A DNA stretch of 62,085 nt, counting the filler. It is 7 parts of 7 records of this genome, joined end to end, with 100 filler letters (N's around TTAATTAATTAA, not from the genome) between each part and the next. Parts side by side here need not be neighbours in the genome. Positions count along the whole stretch, not along the records: positions 9,141 to 14,163 come from SRR31156797_9516; positions 14,264 to 22,114 come from SRR31156797_9517; 5 more parts are not named here. One strand, written 5' to 3'. The notes under the pieces were generated by a model. It was given only the letters and a program-made list of their open reading frames with translations. It did no database searches and was not told the origin of the DNA. Made by a program: the position numbers and the translations under genes. Below are positions 10,332 to 19,010 of this stretch, in pieces. Within the stretch, counting starts at the first letter, position 1, and each line of letters opens with the position of its first letter.

Positions 10332-11714
10332 CCTCCTTTATGCAATAGAGAAATAGATACTTCAGAGAAAGTCTTAAATTAGAGGTATTGTAAACCTTTT
10401 GACCTTTTAACCTACCGATTGAGTATTCTGATAAAAAAGTAACCCCTTTTGGAGGCATGAGTTTGATGAAGCGTTTTGTAGATTCAATGGATATAAGAGA
10501 ATATCTTTCAACACTGGAACTACCCGACAAGGGTTCCAATCGAAGCTATGATCCTGTTCATCATTATATAATCCTTTTGGTTGAGTATCTGGACAGGAGC
10601 TTCAAGGTATATTCATGCCGATTGGTTACGTTATGATAGCACACTTCATGATATTTTTGGATGGAACAAAATGCCCTCACAAAGCACTTATAGTCGTTTC
10701 TTTGGTAAGTTTTCACAGTATCGCAACACTGTTGTCTTCCCCTCTCTACAGCATTGGTTTTTCTCGCAGCTACAAGTAAATGATATAACCTTGGATATTG
10801 ATAGTACGGTCATTACACGCTCAGGACACCAAGAAGGAAGTGCCAAAGGGTACAACCCATTAAAAAGAGGACGCAACTCGCATCATCCACTCATGGCTTT
10901 TGTGAGTCAAACACGTATGGTTGCCAATGCATGGCTTCGGCCTGGTAATACGGCAGATAGCAGTAGTTGTAAAGCCTTCTTACAAGAAACCATCGAAGAT
11001 GTTTTGGCTGATACAAGAATCGGTTTGGTTCGTGCAGACAGCGGTTTCTACACCGAGGAAATCTTGAGCTATATCGAACAGATGAAACTTAATTATATTA
11101 TCGCCACACGTATGTACCCTAATGTAAAAAGTGAGGTTTACGGAATTGAGGATTGGGTTTCAATCTGCAATGGCATAGATGTTTCCCAGATGTATTTTGA
11201 ACATGAAGGTGGAAAAAGGCGAAGATATATTGTTGTCCGAAAAGAAATTGAAAAACGTCCCAAAGCCGGAGGAAAGCTGCTTTTTGATGACCTACCAGGT
11301 TACAGATACAGTTGTTACGTCACCAACCTAGACCTTCCCCTTGATGCAATTTGGAACCTGTACAACACTCGAGCCGATTGCGAAAACAGGATCAAAGAAC
11401 TAAAACAAGATTTTGGATTGGAGAACTTTTGCCTAAAAGATTTTTGGGCTACCGAAGCTTCCTTCAGGTTTATCATGGTGGCGTATAATATCATGAGCTT
11501 ATTCCGGCACTTTGCCCTACAGTCACATAATAAAGCAACTTTGGCAACACTAAAATTCTATTGCTTTGCATTAGGAGCATGGAGTGTAAGTCGCGCTAAC
11601 AAGAAGGTGTTGAAGATAGCATTAAACGCAAAAAGAAGGCCATGGCTCGATGGCATATTTGCCAAAGTTGAAAACATTGGCCCTCCTTATCTATATTCAA
11701 ATGCATAATTGGGG
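10332..11714 (+). mobile_element. IS1380-family insertion sequence (decayed)
   Basis: Imperfect terminal IRs: CCTCCTTTATGCA at 10332 versus the reverse complement of the right end, CCCCAATTATGCA, ending at 11714. They enclose an IS1380-type DDE transposase. Confidence 0.8.
10409..11708 (+). pseudogene. IS1380-family transposase, frameshifted and carrying a nonsense codon
   Basis: The N-terminal piece NLPIEYSDKKVTPFGGMSLMKRF... is in a different frame from 10581..11708 (LDIDST, GYNP, VRADSGFY, YNTRADCENRIKELK). Frameshift near 10560 and TAA at 10569-10571. Confidence 0.8.
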
Positions 11715-11805
11715 TTGAAGCAAGTGGCATATAGCTGCATCCTTCTTTGTGTACCTCGTGATCACCATTGCTTTGTTCATTTTTGTTTACATAGTACTTT
11801 GCCAT
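11715..11805 (-). pseudogene. small conserved Cys/His protein (MAKYYVNKNEQSNGDHEVHKEGC...), 3'-truncated by the IS
   Basis: ATG at 11805. The sequence resembles a roughly 65-70-aa conserved hypothetical family (recalled, not searched) and runs into the IS right end after 30 codons. Confidence 0.6.
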
Positions 11806-11926
11806 CTTTTTAAAGTTTAAAAAGTTAATAATATTTTGTCGATACAATATTATAGAATATGTGTGCAGTGGATGTGCATAGGTGAATGAATCGAAATATA
11901 AAAGTGATCCCATAAAACAAAAAAAA

Positions 11927-12318
11927 CAGTTGTAGTGCTCAGCACTCCAACTGAATTCAAGTAAATTTTTTCAATAAGGGCAGAATAATCAAAGCATCAC
12001 GTTTCTATCGGTAAAAAGCGTGACATTTATTGGGTGGGCAAATGAAATGTTTTTACCCGTATTAACATTTCATTATTTGCCAATAACAATCTTCAAAAAA
12101 CAAGTGAATTTATTGCATGAGAAAATAGAATGTGATCAACAAGATTAGGTTTGTTCTAATGAGAACAGTTTTTTAGTTGAGGTGCTCAGCACCCCCAACT
12201 GAGTTATATTAGATTTCTTTCAACTAGAGTGCTGAGCACCTCGGTTGAAATAACTGATGAAATTCAAGTAATACTATAAAAGTGAATTTTCAGTTGTGAT
12301 CCTCAGGCCTCCAACTGA
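11927..12318. repeat. four related REP-like palindromes
   Basis: CAGTTGtAGTGCTcAGCACTcCAACTG (11927-11953); AGTTGAGGTGCTCAGCACCCCCAACT (12175-12200); TTCAACTAGAGTGCTGAGCACCTCGGTTGAA (12219-12249, core inverted); CAGTTGTGATCCTCAGGCCTCCAACTG (12291-12317). Confidence 0.8.
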
Positions 12319-12358
12319 TATAATGTACCTAATAAATGTCATTCTGTAATGTGGTGGT

Positions 12359-12417
12359 TAATATATTAGCTATATGATGAAAATTTGGTTATATTTGTCT
12401 AATATATTAGCTATATG
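12359..12417 (+). promoter_or_regulatory. Bacteroidota -7 promoter element flanked by two identical operator repeats
   Basis: TAATATATTAGCTATATG occurs exactly at 12359-12376 and 12400-12417 (palindromic core TAATATATTA). TATATTTG (TAnnTTTG) lies between them at 12390-12397. Confidence 0.7.
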
Positions 12418-12690
12418 TACTCAATTAATCCAACACCTCATGAAATTGGTAAGGAACTGGCAAAACGCCACAAAGCCTTGCGTAAACAATTAAAATTATC
12501 TCAATCAGATATGGCAGAAAGATCTGGTGTCTCTTTAGGTAGCTTAAAGCGTTTTGAAACTACCGGACAAATATCTTTAGAATCATTGCTTAAGTTAGCA
12601 CATCTTTTAGATAGACTGGCAGATTTTAAACTTGTTTTCCAACCCAAAGAAGACTTAGGCAATATTGAGGATCTTTTTTCGACTAAATAG
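12415..12690 (+). CDS. XRE/HTH antitoxin (HipB-like)
   Basis: LRKQLKLSQSDMAERSGVSLGSLKRFETTGQISL HTH; immediately upstream of HipA. Confidence 0.88.
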   Translation: MYSINPTPHEIGKELAKRHKALRKQLKLSQSDMAERSGVSLGSLKRFETTGQISLESLLKLAHLLDRLADFKLVFQPKEDLGNIEDLFSTK

Positions 12691-12707
12691 TAGGTAAAGA
12701 AACTGTT

Positions 12708-13943
12708 ATGGAAAATATCACAAATATTTTAGTGTCTTTAGAGCTTGAAGGCCAAAGTTATGAGGTAGGAGAAATGGTAAGGGATAATCGAACAATCTAC
12801 TTTCGTTATAATGCTGATTTTTTGAAATATGGCCTCAATATTTCACCAATTAAGCTGCCTTATAATAATGAAATATATTCCGCCGGTTCAGAACCCTTTG
12901 ACGGGCTGTATGGTGTGTTTAACGATTCGTTACCTGATGGTTGGGGGAGGTTGTTGTTAGATCGCTCCCTTGCATCGAAGGGAGTTAGTATGCAATATAT
13001 AACTCCATTGGATCGATTAGCTTACGTTGGAGATAAGGGTATGGGCGCTTTGTGTTACAAACCAAAGTTTGATGAAGATATTTCAATTTCGTCTGAAATT
13101 GAACTGGATATGATAGCCTGGGAAATGGATCATATTTTAAAAGGAAGCGATTCTGATTTAATTGAAGAGCTATTTTTTTTAGGTGGTTCTTCTGGTGGGG
13201 CACGTCCTAAAATATTTGTCGGGTATAATAATGTCACCAAAGAATTAATGCATGGTCATCAAAAACTGGAAGAAGGTTTTGAAGATTGGTTGATTAAATT
13301 TCCATCATCATCTGACCCTAAAGAGATTGCCAATATTGAATATGCTTACCATAAGATGGCTTTAAAAGCCGGATTGGAGATGAGCGATTGTAAACTGTTC
13401 ACAGGTAGGTCGGGACAAACATACTTTGGTACAAAACGCTTTGATAGAATAAAAGAGAAAAGAATTCACATGCATACTGCTAGTGGATTGATGCATGATA
13501 ATTTTAGAATGAGCACCATGGATTATGGTCATTTAATGGATTGTGCCTTTCAACTTGAAAAACATGTGAAAGCATATGAAAAAGTATTACGCCTGGCAGC
13601 TTTTAATGTGTTTGCTCACAATAGGGATGACCATAGTAAAAACTTCTCCTTTTTAATGGATGCCAAAGGCAATTGGAGTTTCGCTCCCGTATATGATCTA
13701 ACTTTTTCAAATTCAGCATATGGCTTTCACAGTACAATGATTGCAGGAGAAAGTAAAAATCCGGGAAGGAAACATCTGTTGGAGTTAGGTAAACATTTTG
13801 GAATAAAGAAACTGGAGCTGATATTGGAAGAGGTCCAAGATGCAGTTTCTCATTGGGATTCAATTGCTAAAGAATGTGGTGTGTCACAAAATGCTATTAT
13901 AACGATTCAAAAGGCAATTAATGGAATAAATAAAATTAATTAA
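12708..13943 (+). CDS. hipA: HipA-family Ser/Thr kinase toxin
   Basis: N-terminal coupled domain (FNDSLPDGWG), SSGGARPK, LIKF, KRFDR, NRDDHSKNFSF, APVYDL. Confidence 0.93.
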   Translation: MENITNILVSLELEGQSYEVGEMVRDNRTIYFRYNADFLKYGLNISPIKLPYNNEIYSAGSEPFDGLYGVFNDSLPDGWGRLLLDRSLASKGVSMQYITPLDRLAYVGDKGMGALCYKPKFDEDISISSEIELDMIAWEMDHILKGSDSDLIEELFFLGGSSGGARPKIFVGYNNVTKELMHGHQKLEEGFEDWLIKFPSSSDPKEIANIEYAYHKMALKAGLEMSDCKLFTGRSGQTYFGTKRFDRIKEKRIHMHTASGLMHDNFRMSTMDYGHLMDCAFQLEKHVKAYEKVLRLAAFNVFAHNRDDHSKNFSFLMDAKGNWSFAPVYDLTFSNSAYGFHSTMIAGESKNPGRKHLLELGKHFGIKKLELILEEVQDAVSHWDSIAKECGVSQNAIITIQKAINGINKIN

Positions 13944-14085
13944 CGGACTTTATTTGGAGGAAATTTTATCTAATATACTCCCCATTTTGCCATGAAGAGT
14001 AAAGTTCATTTAAAATATAACTGGTATGGCTTCTTGGATCTTCCGGAATTGCCTTTTGTTAATTTTTTGCTTAGTATTGAGTAAT

Positions 14086-14117
14086 AAAAAAGCCTGTAAG
14101 AAACTTACAGGCTTTTT
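14086..14117. terminator. bidirectional intrinsic terminator (downstream of the tRNA)
   Basis: AAAAAAGCCTGTAAG-aaa-CTTACAGGCTTTTT. Confidence 0.85.
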
Positions 14118-14134
14118 AAATTTGTTTCAATTTT

Positions 14135-14163
14135 TGCGGAGAGAGAGGGATTCGAACCCCCGG
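14135..14163 (-). tRNA. tRNA 3' end, probably tRNA-Ser (partial)
   Basis: The minus strand reads ...GGGGGTTCGAATCCCTCTCTCTCCGCA: T-arm GTTCGAATCC, acceptor 3' strand TCTCTCC, G discriminator. The anticodon is missing, so the isotype is inferred. Confidence 0.75.
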
Positions 14164-14263
14164 NNNNNNNNNNNNNNNNNNNNNNNNNNNNNNNNNNNNN
14201 NNNNNNNTTAATTAATTAANNNNNNNNNNNNNNNNNNNNNNNNNNNNNNNNNNNNNNNNNNNN
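14164..14263. other. artificial contig linker
   Basis: 44 N + TTAATTAATTAA + 44 N. Confidence 0.99.
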
Positions 14264-14265
14264 CT

Positions 14266-15714
14266 GCTCTATTATTCACAGGATGTACCGACCTGGATAT
14301 CGAGAACCTTAATGATCCGGGTGTAGAAGAAGCACTAGGCGATGCAGTTAGTGTTAAAGGGGTATTAGATGGTGCTATTAATGATGCTTTGGCTGAACAT
14401 GTTGGCTTGTGGGGTGTCCATATGGATGGTTATGCCGACCAAATGACAACGACAAACGCCTATTTAGGATTCTGGGATTGGACTGAAGAACCAAGATTAA
14501 GAATCAATAACGATCCTACTTATGCTAACCTTGGAGCAGTTGAAGGACCTTGGGAAACCTTTAATAGTGTAATTTCGACCTGTAATACAATAATTGGTCT
14601 TATTGAAGAGGGTATGGTTATGGAGATTGATGGTACTGATTATACGGGTAAATTTAAAGCTGAAGCGCTATTTATTCGTGGCTTTGCTTATGGCTACCTT
14701 TCTATGCTTTACGATAAAGGATATATTGTTATGTACGATAGTGAAATCCCTGTCGAGGGAACTTCCGATTATAAAGAATTATTGGCAGAAGCAACATCCA
14801 CTATCGATGCAGCTATATCTGAAGCAAATTCAGCTTCTAATTTTACTTTTGATGTTCATAGCAGTTATTCTGTAGATGCAGCTCAGTTTGAAAAGGTTGC
14901 CAATTCTTACTTAGCTCGTTTTATGATAGGTAATGCCAGAACTGATGCAGAGCGTCAGAGTCTTGATTTTGCAGCAATTAAAACACGGGCTTCAAACGGA
15001 ATTACAGAAGACTGGGCTCCTCCGGTAGAAGTAGATGTTTTGTTTAATAACTACCAAGACTGGTCGACATACGTTCTTGGTGGAGGTGCAGGATATTTAC
15101 CTCTTGATATTAAGGTAAACCATATGATGGATCCGGATTACCCAACAGTATACCCTCCGGAACCAGATATTTTGGATCCTATGGTTACTGCAGATGCACG
15201 TGAATCTTATTTTGGTTATACCACAGACTTTGGCTATTTGAATGCCAGTAGGAACAGAGGATTGTTTACAAACTATACAAGGGCAAGGTATTGGACTGAT
15301 AATGATCGAAATCAGTCAGGGATATTAAACCAAATGATGCTGTATGCTGAAATTCAGTATATTTTGGCGGAGTGTGAACTTGGACTGGGCGATGCCTCTG
15401 CTGCTGCTGCTTATCTGAATGCATCTCCTCGTGTTACTGTTGGAGGTCTTGATGAAGTTGCAGGCGAAGCACAGGCTGTTCAGGATGCATTGCTTTATGA
15501 ATACAGTGTTGAACTTGACTTGGGTGCAGGTATCGGAACGATATGGGCATTCATGAGAAGATATGATTGGCTTCAGGCTGGTACTCCGTTGCATTATCCA
15601 ATACCTGCGACAGAACTTGAAATTACAGGTGACGAGTTTTATTCGTTTGGAGGTGCAAACTATACAAGTGAGGAAGGTACCGCTGATGGTTCAAACTCAT
15701 GGACTAGCAATTAA
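14266..15714 (+). CDS. SusD/RagB-like outer-membrane lipoprotein (5'-partial)
   Basis: Frame is open from the contig edge with lipobox LLFTGC-TDLDIENLNDP. SusD-like elements KAEALFIRGFAYGYL, YAEIQYILAEC, LLYEYSVEL and YPIPATEL. Confidence 0.8.
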   Translation, partial: ALLFTGCTDLDIENLNDPGVEEALGDAVSVKGVLDGAINDALAEHVGLWGVHMDGYADQMTTTNAYLGFWDWTEEPRLRINNDPTYANLGAVEGPWETFNSVISTCNTIIGLIEEGMVMEIDGTDYTGKFKAEALFIRGFAYGYLSMLYDKGYIVMYDSEIPVEGTSDYKELLAEATSTIDAAISEANSASNFTFDVHSSYSVDAAQFEKVANSYLARFMIGNARTDAERQSLDFAAIKTRASNGITEDWAPPVEVDVLFNNYQDWSTYVLGGGAGYLPLDIKVNHMMDPDYPTVYPPEPDILDPMVTADARESYFGYTTDFGYLNASRNRGLFTNYTRARYWTDNDRNQSGILNQMMLYAEIQYILAECELGLGDASAAAAYLNASPRVTVGGLDEVAGEAQAVQDALLYEYSVELDLGAGIGTIWAFMRRYDWLQAGTPLHYPIPATELEITGDEFYSFGGANYTSEEGTADGSNSWTSN

Positions 15715-15720
15715 AAGTTA

Positions 15721-16158
15721 ATGCATAAATTTATATTCATAATAGTTGTTTTTATAGTTGGATTTGCCTGCTCCGATTCCTTCGAGTTTACCAATGTAAC
15801 GCTTAGTTACAAGCAAAATACAACGATTGATGAAGGTGCATGGATTGAAATCGATGGAAATAAGATTGTTCATGTAAACAGTTTTATGGAAATGAATTCG
15901 AGTACTATGCCTGTAAGTAATATGATTGTTGATAAGGTTGAAGAGAAGGAATGGAAATCAAAAGTAAATTATATCGGAATGGGATTAAATCTTGCCAGAG
16001 CGGTTGAAAACTTATCGGACGATGAATTGACATATACCGTGGAGAAAGATTTCGATCTGCAAGTGTTAGGTAAAGTTAAAATTGCCAAATCAGATGGCAG
16101 GGCTATTAGAATCAGGTTTTCTGATAACTATCCGGTAGTAATTTCAGAAGGTAATTGA
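15721..16158 (+). CDS. hypothetical lipoprotein
   Basis: Signal peptide with lipobox GFAC; operonic with the SusD-like gene. Confidence 0.7.
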   Translation: MHKFIFIIVVFIVGFACSDSFEFTNVTLSYKQNTTIDEGAWIEIDGNKIVHVNSFMEMNSSTMPVSNMIVDKVEEKEWKSKVNYIGMGLNLARAVENLSDDELTYTVEKDFDLQVLGKVKIAKSDGRAIRIRFSDNYPVVISEGN

Positions 16159-16209
16159 TGTAAACAGTAAAAGCACTTTTATGAATAATAACCATAAAAA
16201 TAATACACG

Positions 16210-16971
16210 ATGAAAAATATTTTAAAAATTTCATTCCTATCGTTAATCACGCTGATTTTCTTCGCTAGCTGCGACGAAAATCAACCAGAATATACAGAGA
16301 TTGACATTCCGAAAACAATTATTGAAGCCGTATCAGGGCCTGATGTTGTTGTTGGTAACGGAGATACAGAATACACATACAATGTTACTCAAAGGGTTGA
16401 CGCAACTTACGAGTGGTCAGTAAGTGGAGACGGTACAATTACACCGGTTTCAGGACAGGAATTTAAGGCTGTTTTTGTTGCAAATCAAAGGGAAGATACG
16501 ACTGCTGTGACAGTTTCTGTTGTTGAAACATATAAAGGAAAAAGTAGTGATCCGGGAACCTATACGGTTCAGATTAATCCTTTCTGCCCATATGAAATGA
16601 CTCCTTTTGAAGGAGATTATACAGGAACATCCGAAGCTTCACATGGTCCCGTAGTTACAATGGCCGAGACCTCGAACCTGAATGAATTACAGGTTTGGAA
16701 CCTGGCATGGTTTGTTCCAAATACCTGGGGTGAAAACTGGGTTTCTGGTGATGGTTCTTGTCTGATGGACTTTGTCTGTGGAGAGCAAGTATTGATTGAA
16801 CCACAATGGATTGGAGATTCAGACTATCCTGATGTTTATGGCATCACTGGTTCGGGTACTTTTAGCGAAACAACAAAAACAATAGAGTTAACGTATGAAG
16901 TGTTTTACGGATGGGATGGATCAAGTGGTACATCTGCCGGGGTATTCAATACTACCCTTACTCTTCAGTAA
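16210..16971 (+). CDS. surface lipoprotein with Ig/PKD-like beta domain (PUL accessory)
   Basis: Lipobox FFASC-DENQ; YTYNV...ATYEWSVSG beta-sandwich pattern; acidic. Confidence 0.72.
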   Translation: MKNILKISFLSLITLIFFASCDENQPEYTEIDIPKTIIEAVSGPDVVVGNGDTEYTYNVTQRVDATYEWSVSGDGTITPVSGQEFKAVFVANQREDTTAVTVSVVETYKGKSSDPGTYTVQINPFCPYEMTPFEGDYTGTSEASHGPVVTMAETSNLNELQVWNLAWFVPNTWGENWVSGDGSCLMDFVCGEQVLIEPQWIGDSDYPDVYGITGSGTFSETTKTIELTYEVFYGWDGSSGTSAGVFNTTLTLQ

Positions 16972-16995
16972 GTTTAAAATCGCTACTAAATAAGA

Positions 16996-17040
16996 GAGAG
17001 ATGAAATGAGAATCTTATGAAGATTATCGTTTCATCTCTC
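16996..17040 (+). terminator. hairpin after the lipoprotein operon
   Basis: GAGAGATGAAA..AATCTT-atg-AAGATT..TTTCATCTCTC. Confidence 0.6.
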
Positions 17041-17503
17041 AACCTACAACACCATGTTAGCAATAATTTACTGATGATGAATTTTACTTCTTTAATAAGA
17101 ATTCGGTATTGTTGTCTTACTGGTTGTATTAATCGGATTCTTTTATCGTATTCAGAAATAAATTTAATTAGTCCGTTGTAAGGATTAAAAAGATATTAAT
17201 TAACCGGGAGGTATAACTCACTCTACATATACTCACAATTACCCTTCGTAGAATTATTAGAAATCCTCCCGGTTTCTTTAAAAAATAATCACTGATTGCA
17301 GGGACTCTTTCATTTTCTATCTACAGAAAAGGTTATTATATCTGCAGTTTTTTATAATTACATGAATTCTAATACATTTGAGTAATGCAATAAGTCTGCG
17401 TTGCAACTATGCCTCGGGAACATTAAGAATTAAAACTTAATGACCATCTTCTGCAAGCTGTTTTTAATGAACCTCAGATCTAATTGTTCTGAAAACTACC
17501 AAA

Positions 17504-18990
17504 TTGTCAACCACGAATATTTTGCTTAATATTTTAATGGTTATATCTATTCTTTCTTGCTCAGAACTTGATGTTGATGATAGGAACAGTGCATCGTCTG
17601 ATAATGTTTATTCGGAGTCGCAAAGTGTAGTAGAAGAATTAAATAATGCCATTATAGATGGTCTAAGCGAGCATGTTGGACTCTGGGATATTCATATGGA
17701 TTGTTATGCAGGTCAGCTAACTTCTGGAAATTTATACCTTGGGTTTTGGCATTGGTCTGATGAACCATAGATAAGGATTAATAATGATCCCTCATACGAA
17801 TACCTGGAGGCCATAAAAGGCCCCTGGGGGACTTTTGATGGAATAAGAGGAACCTGTAACTCTATACTCGATTTAATAGATAATGAAGAAAAGAAATTGG
17901 TTGTTGATGGTATTGATTGTACCAATAAGATTAAAGCTGGAGCTTTGTTAATGAAGGGTTTTTCTTATGGTTATTTGTCAATTATTTACGATAAGGGATT
18001 TATTGCGGATAATAATGACGAAATTCAAGTCGATTTTTCTGATTATAAAGTATTATTACTTGAAGCAATTGATAATTTGGATAAAGCGATAATTGCTGCT
18101 AATGATGATCCCGATTTTACTTTTGGTGTACACAAAAATTATTCAATTGGGTTAGATCAGTTTAAAAAAGTGACTAATTCCTATGTCGCCAGATTTATGT
18201 TAGCAAATGCAAGAACTGATTTGAAACGACAGGAGCTTGATTTTGCAGCCATTAAGAGTCGAGCTTTAAGTGGAATAACTGAAGATTGGGCTCCACCGGT
18301 TGAAGTGGACGTATTGTTTAATAACTATCAAGACTGGTCGACATATATATTAAGTAGAGGACAGGGGTATTTCCCTTAAGATATAAAAGTGAATCATTTG
18401 ACGGACCCAAACTATCCTACGGTCTTTCCTGTTGAAGGTGGCAGTTTATATTTGATGACAACAAGAGATGTTCGAAATGATTATTTTGATTATGTGTGTA
18501 TTTCATGGGCGGAATTCGAATCACAACGTAACAGGGCTTTATTAAGCAACTATAAGCGAAAAAGGTATTGGAGTGATAATAATCGAAATCAGGCAGGAAT
18601 TGCTAACCAAATGATGTTATATGCCGAGATCCAGTACGTGCTTGCTGAATGCGAATTGGGGCTGGGCAATCTAATAAAAGCAGCTGAATGGTTAAATAAT
18701 TCGCCACGTGTTACTGTTGGCAGCCTAAGCGAGGTATCTGCTGATGAACAGGAAATATAGGATGCTTTACATTATGAGTATAGTGTTGAACTTGACCTTG
18801 GTGCGGGAATTGGAACGATCTGGGCTTTTATGAGACGCTATAACCTTCTACAGGCTGGTACGCCGTTGCCCTATCCGATTCCGGCAACAGAGTTAGAGCT
18901 TCTTAGTGCCGAATTTTTTCATATAAAGGAAATGAGTTCATCGAAGAAACAGGGATTGTTGATGGCTCAAATTCGTGGAAGAATAATTAA
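17504..18990 (+). pseudogene. pseudogenised paralog of the upstream SusD-like gene
   Basis: ORFs 17504, 17897, 18389 and 18830 share one frame and are colinear with the 14266-15714 protein (for example GITEDWAPPVEVDVLFNNYQDWSTY is identical). In-frame stops at 17768, 18377 and 18758. A frameshift in the T-run near 18914-18919 restores ...DGSNSWKNN*. Confidence 0.92.
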
Positions 18991-19010
18991 AAAGATGATA
19001 AAAAATTACT

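Noticed and set aside
10540-10581. Programmed frameshift in the IS1380 transposase
   Set aside because: There is no slippery heptamer, an in-frame TAA follows the shift, and the start codon also appears lost.
11927-12318. CRISPR array
   Set aside because: The repeats are divergent, irregularly spaced and mixed in orientation, and no cas genes are present.
14026-14211. ORF running into the N gap
   Set aside because: It overlaps a terminator and the antisense of a tRNA 3' end (RRERDSNP is the usual tRNA-antisense artefact).
17055-17161. Small hydrophobic peptide, possible type I toxin (FGIVVLLVVLIGFFYRIQK)
   Set aside because: The frame has multiple stops between the ATG and the hydrophobic stretch, so no intact ORF can be supported.
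17504-18990. Stop-codon readthrough or recoding (TAG as pyrrolysine or Gln) in the second SusD
   Set aside because: The stops are of two types (TAG, TAA), there is also a frameshift, and neighbouring genes use the standard code. Pseudogene decay explains it.
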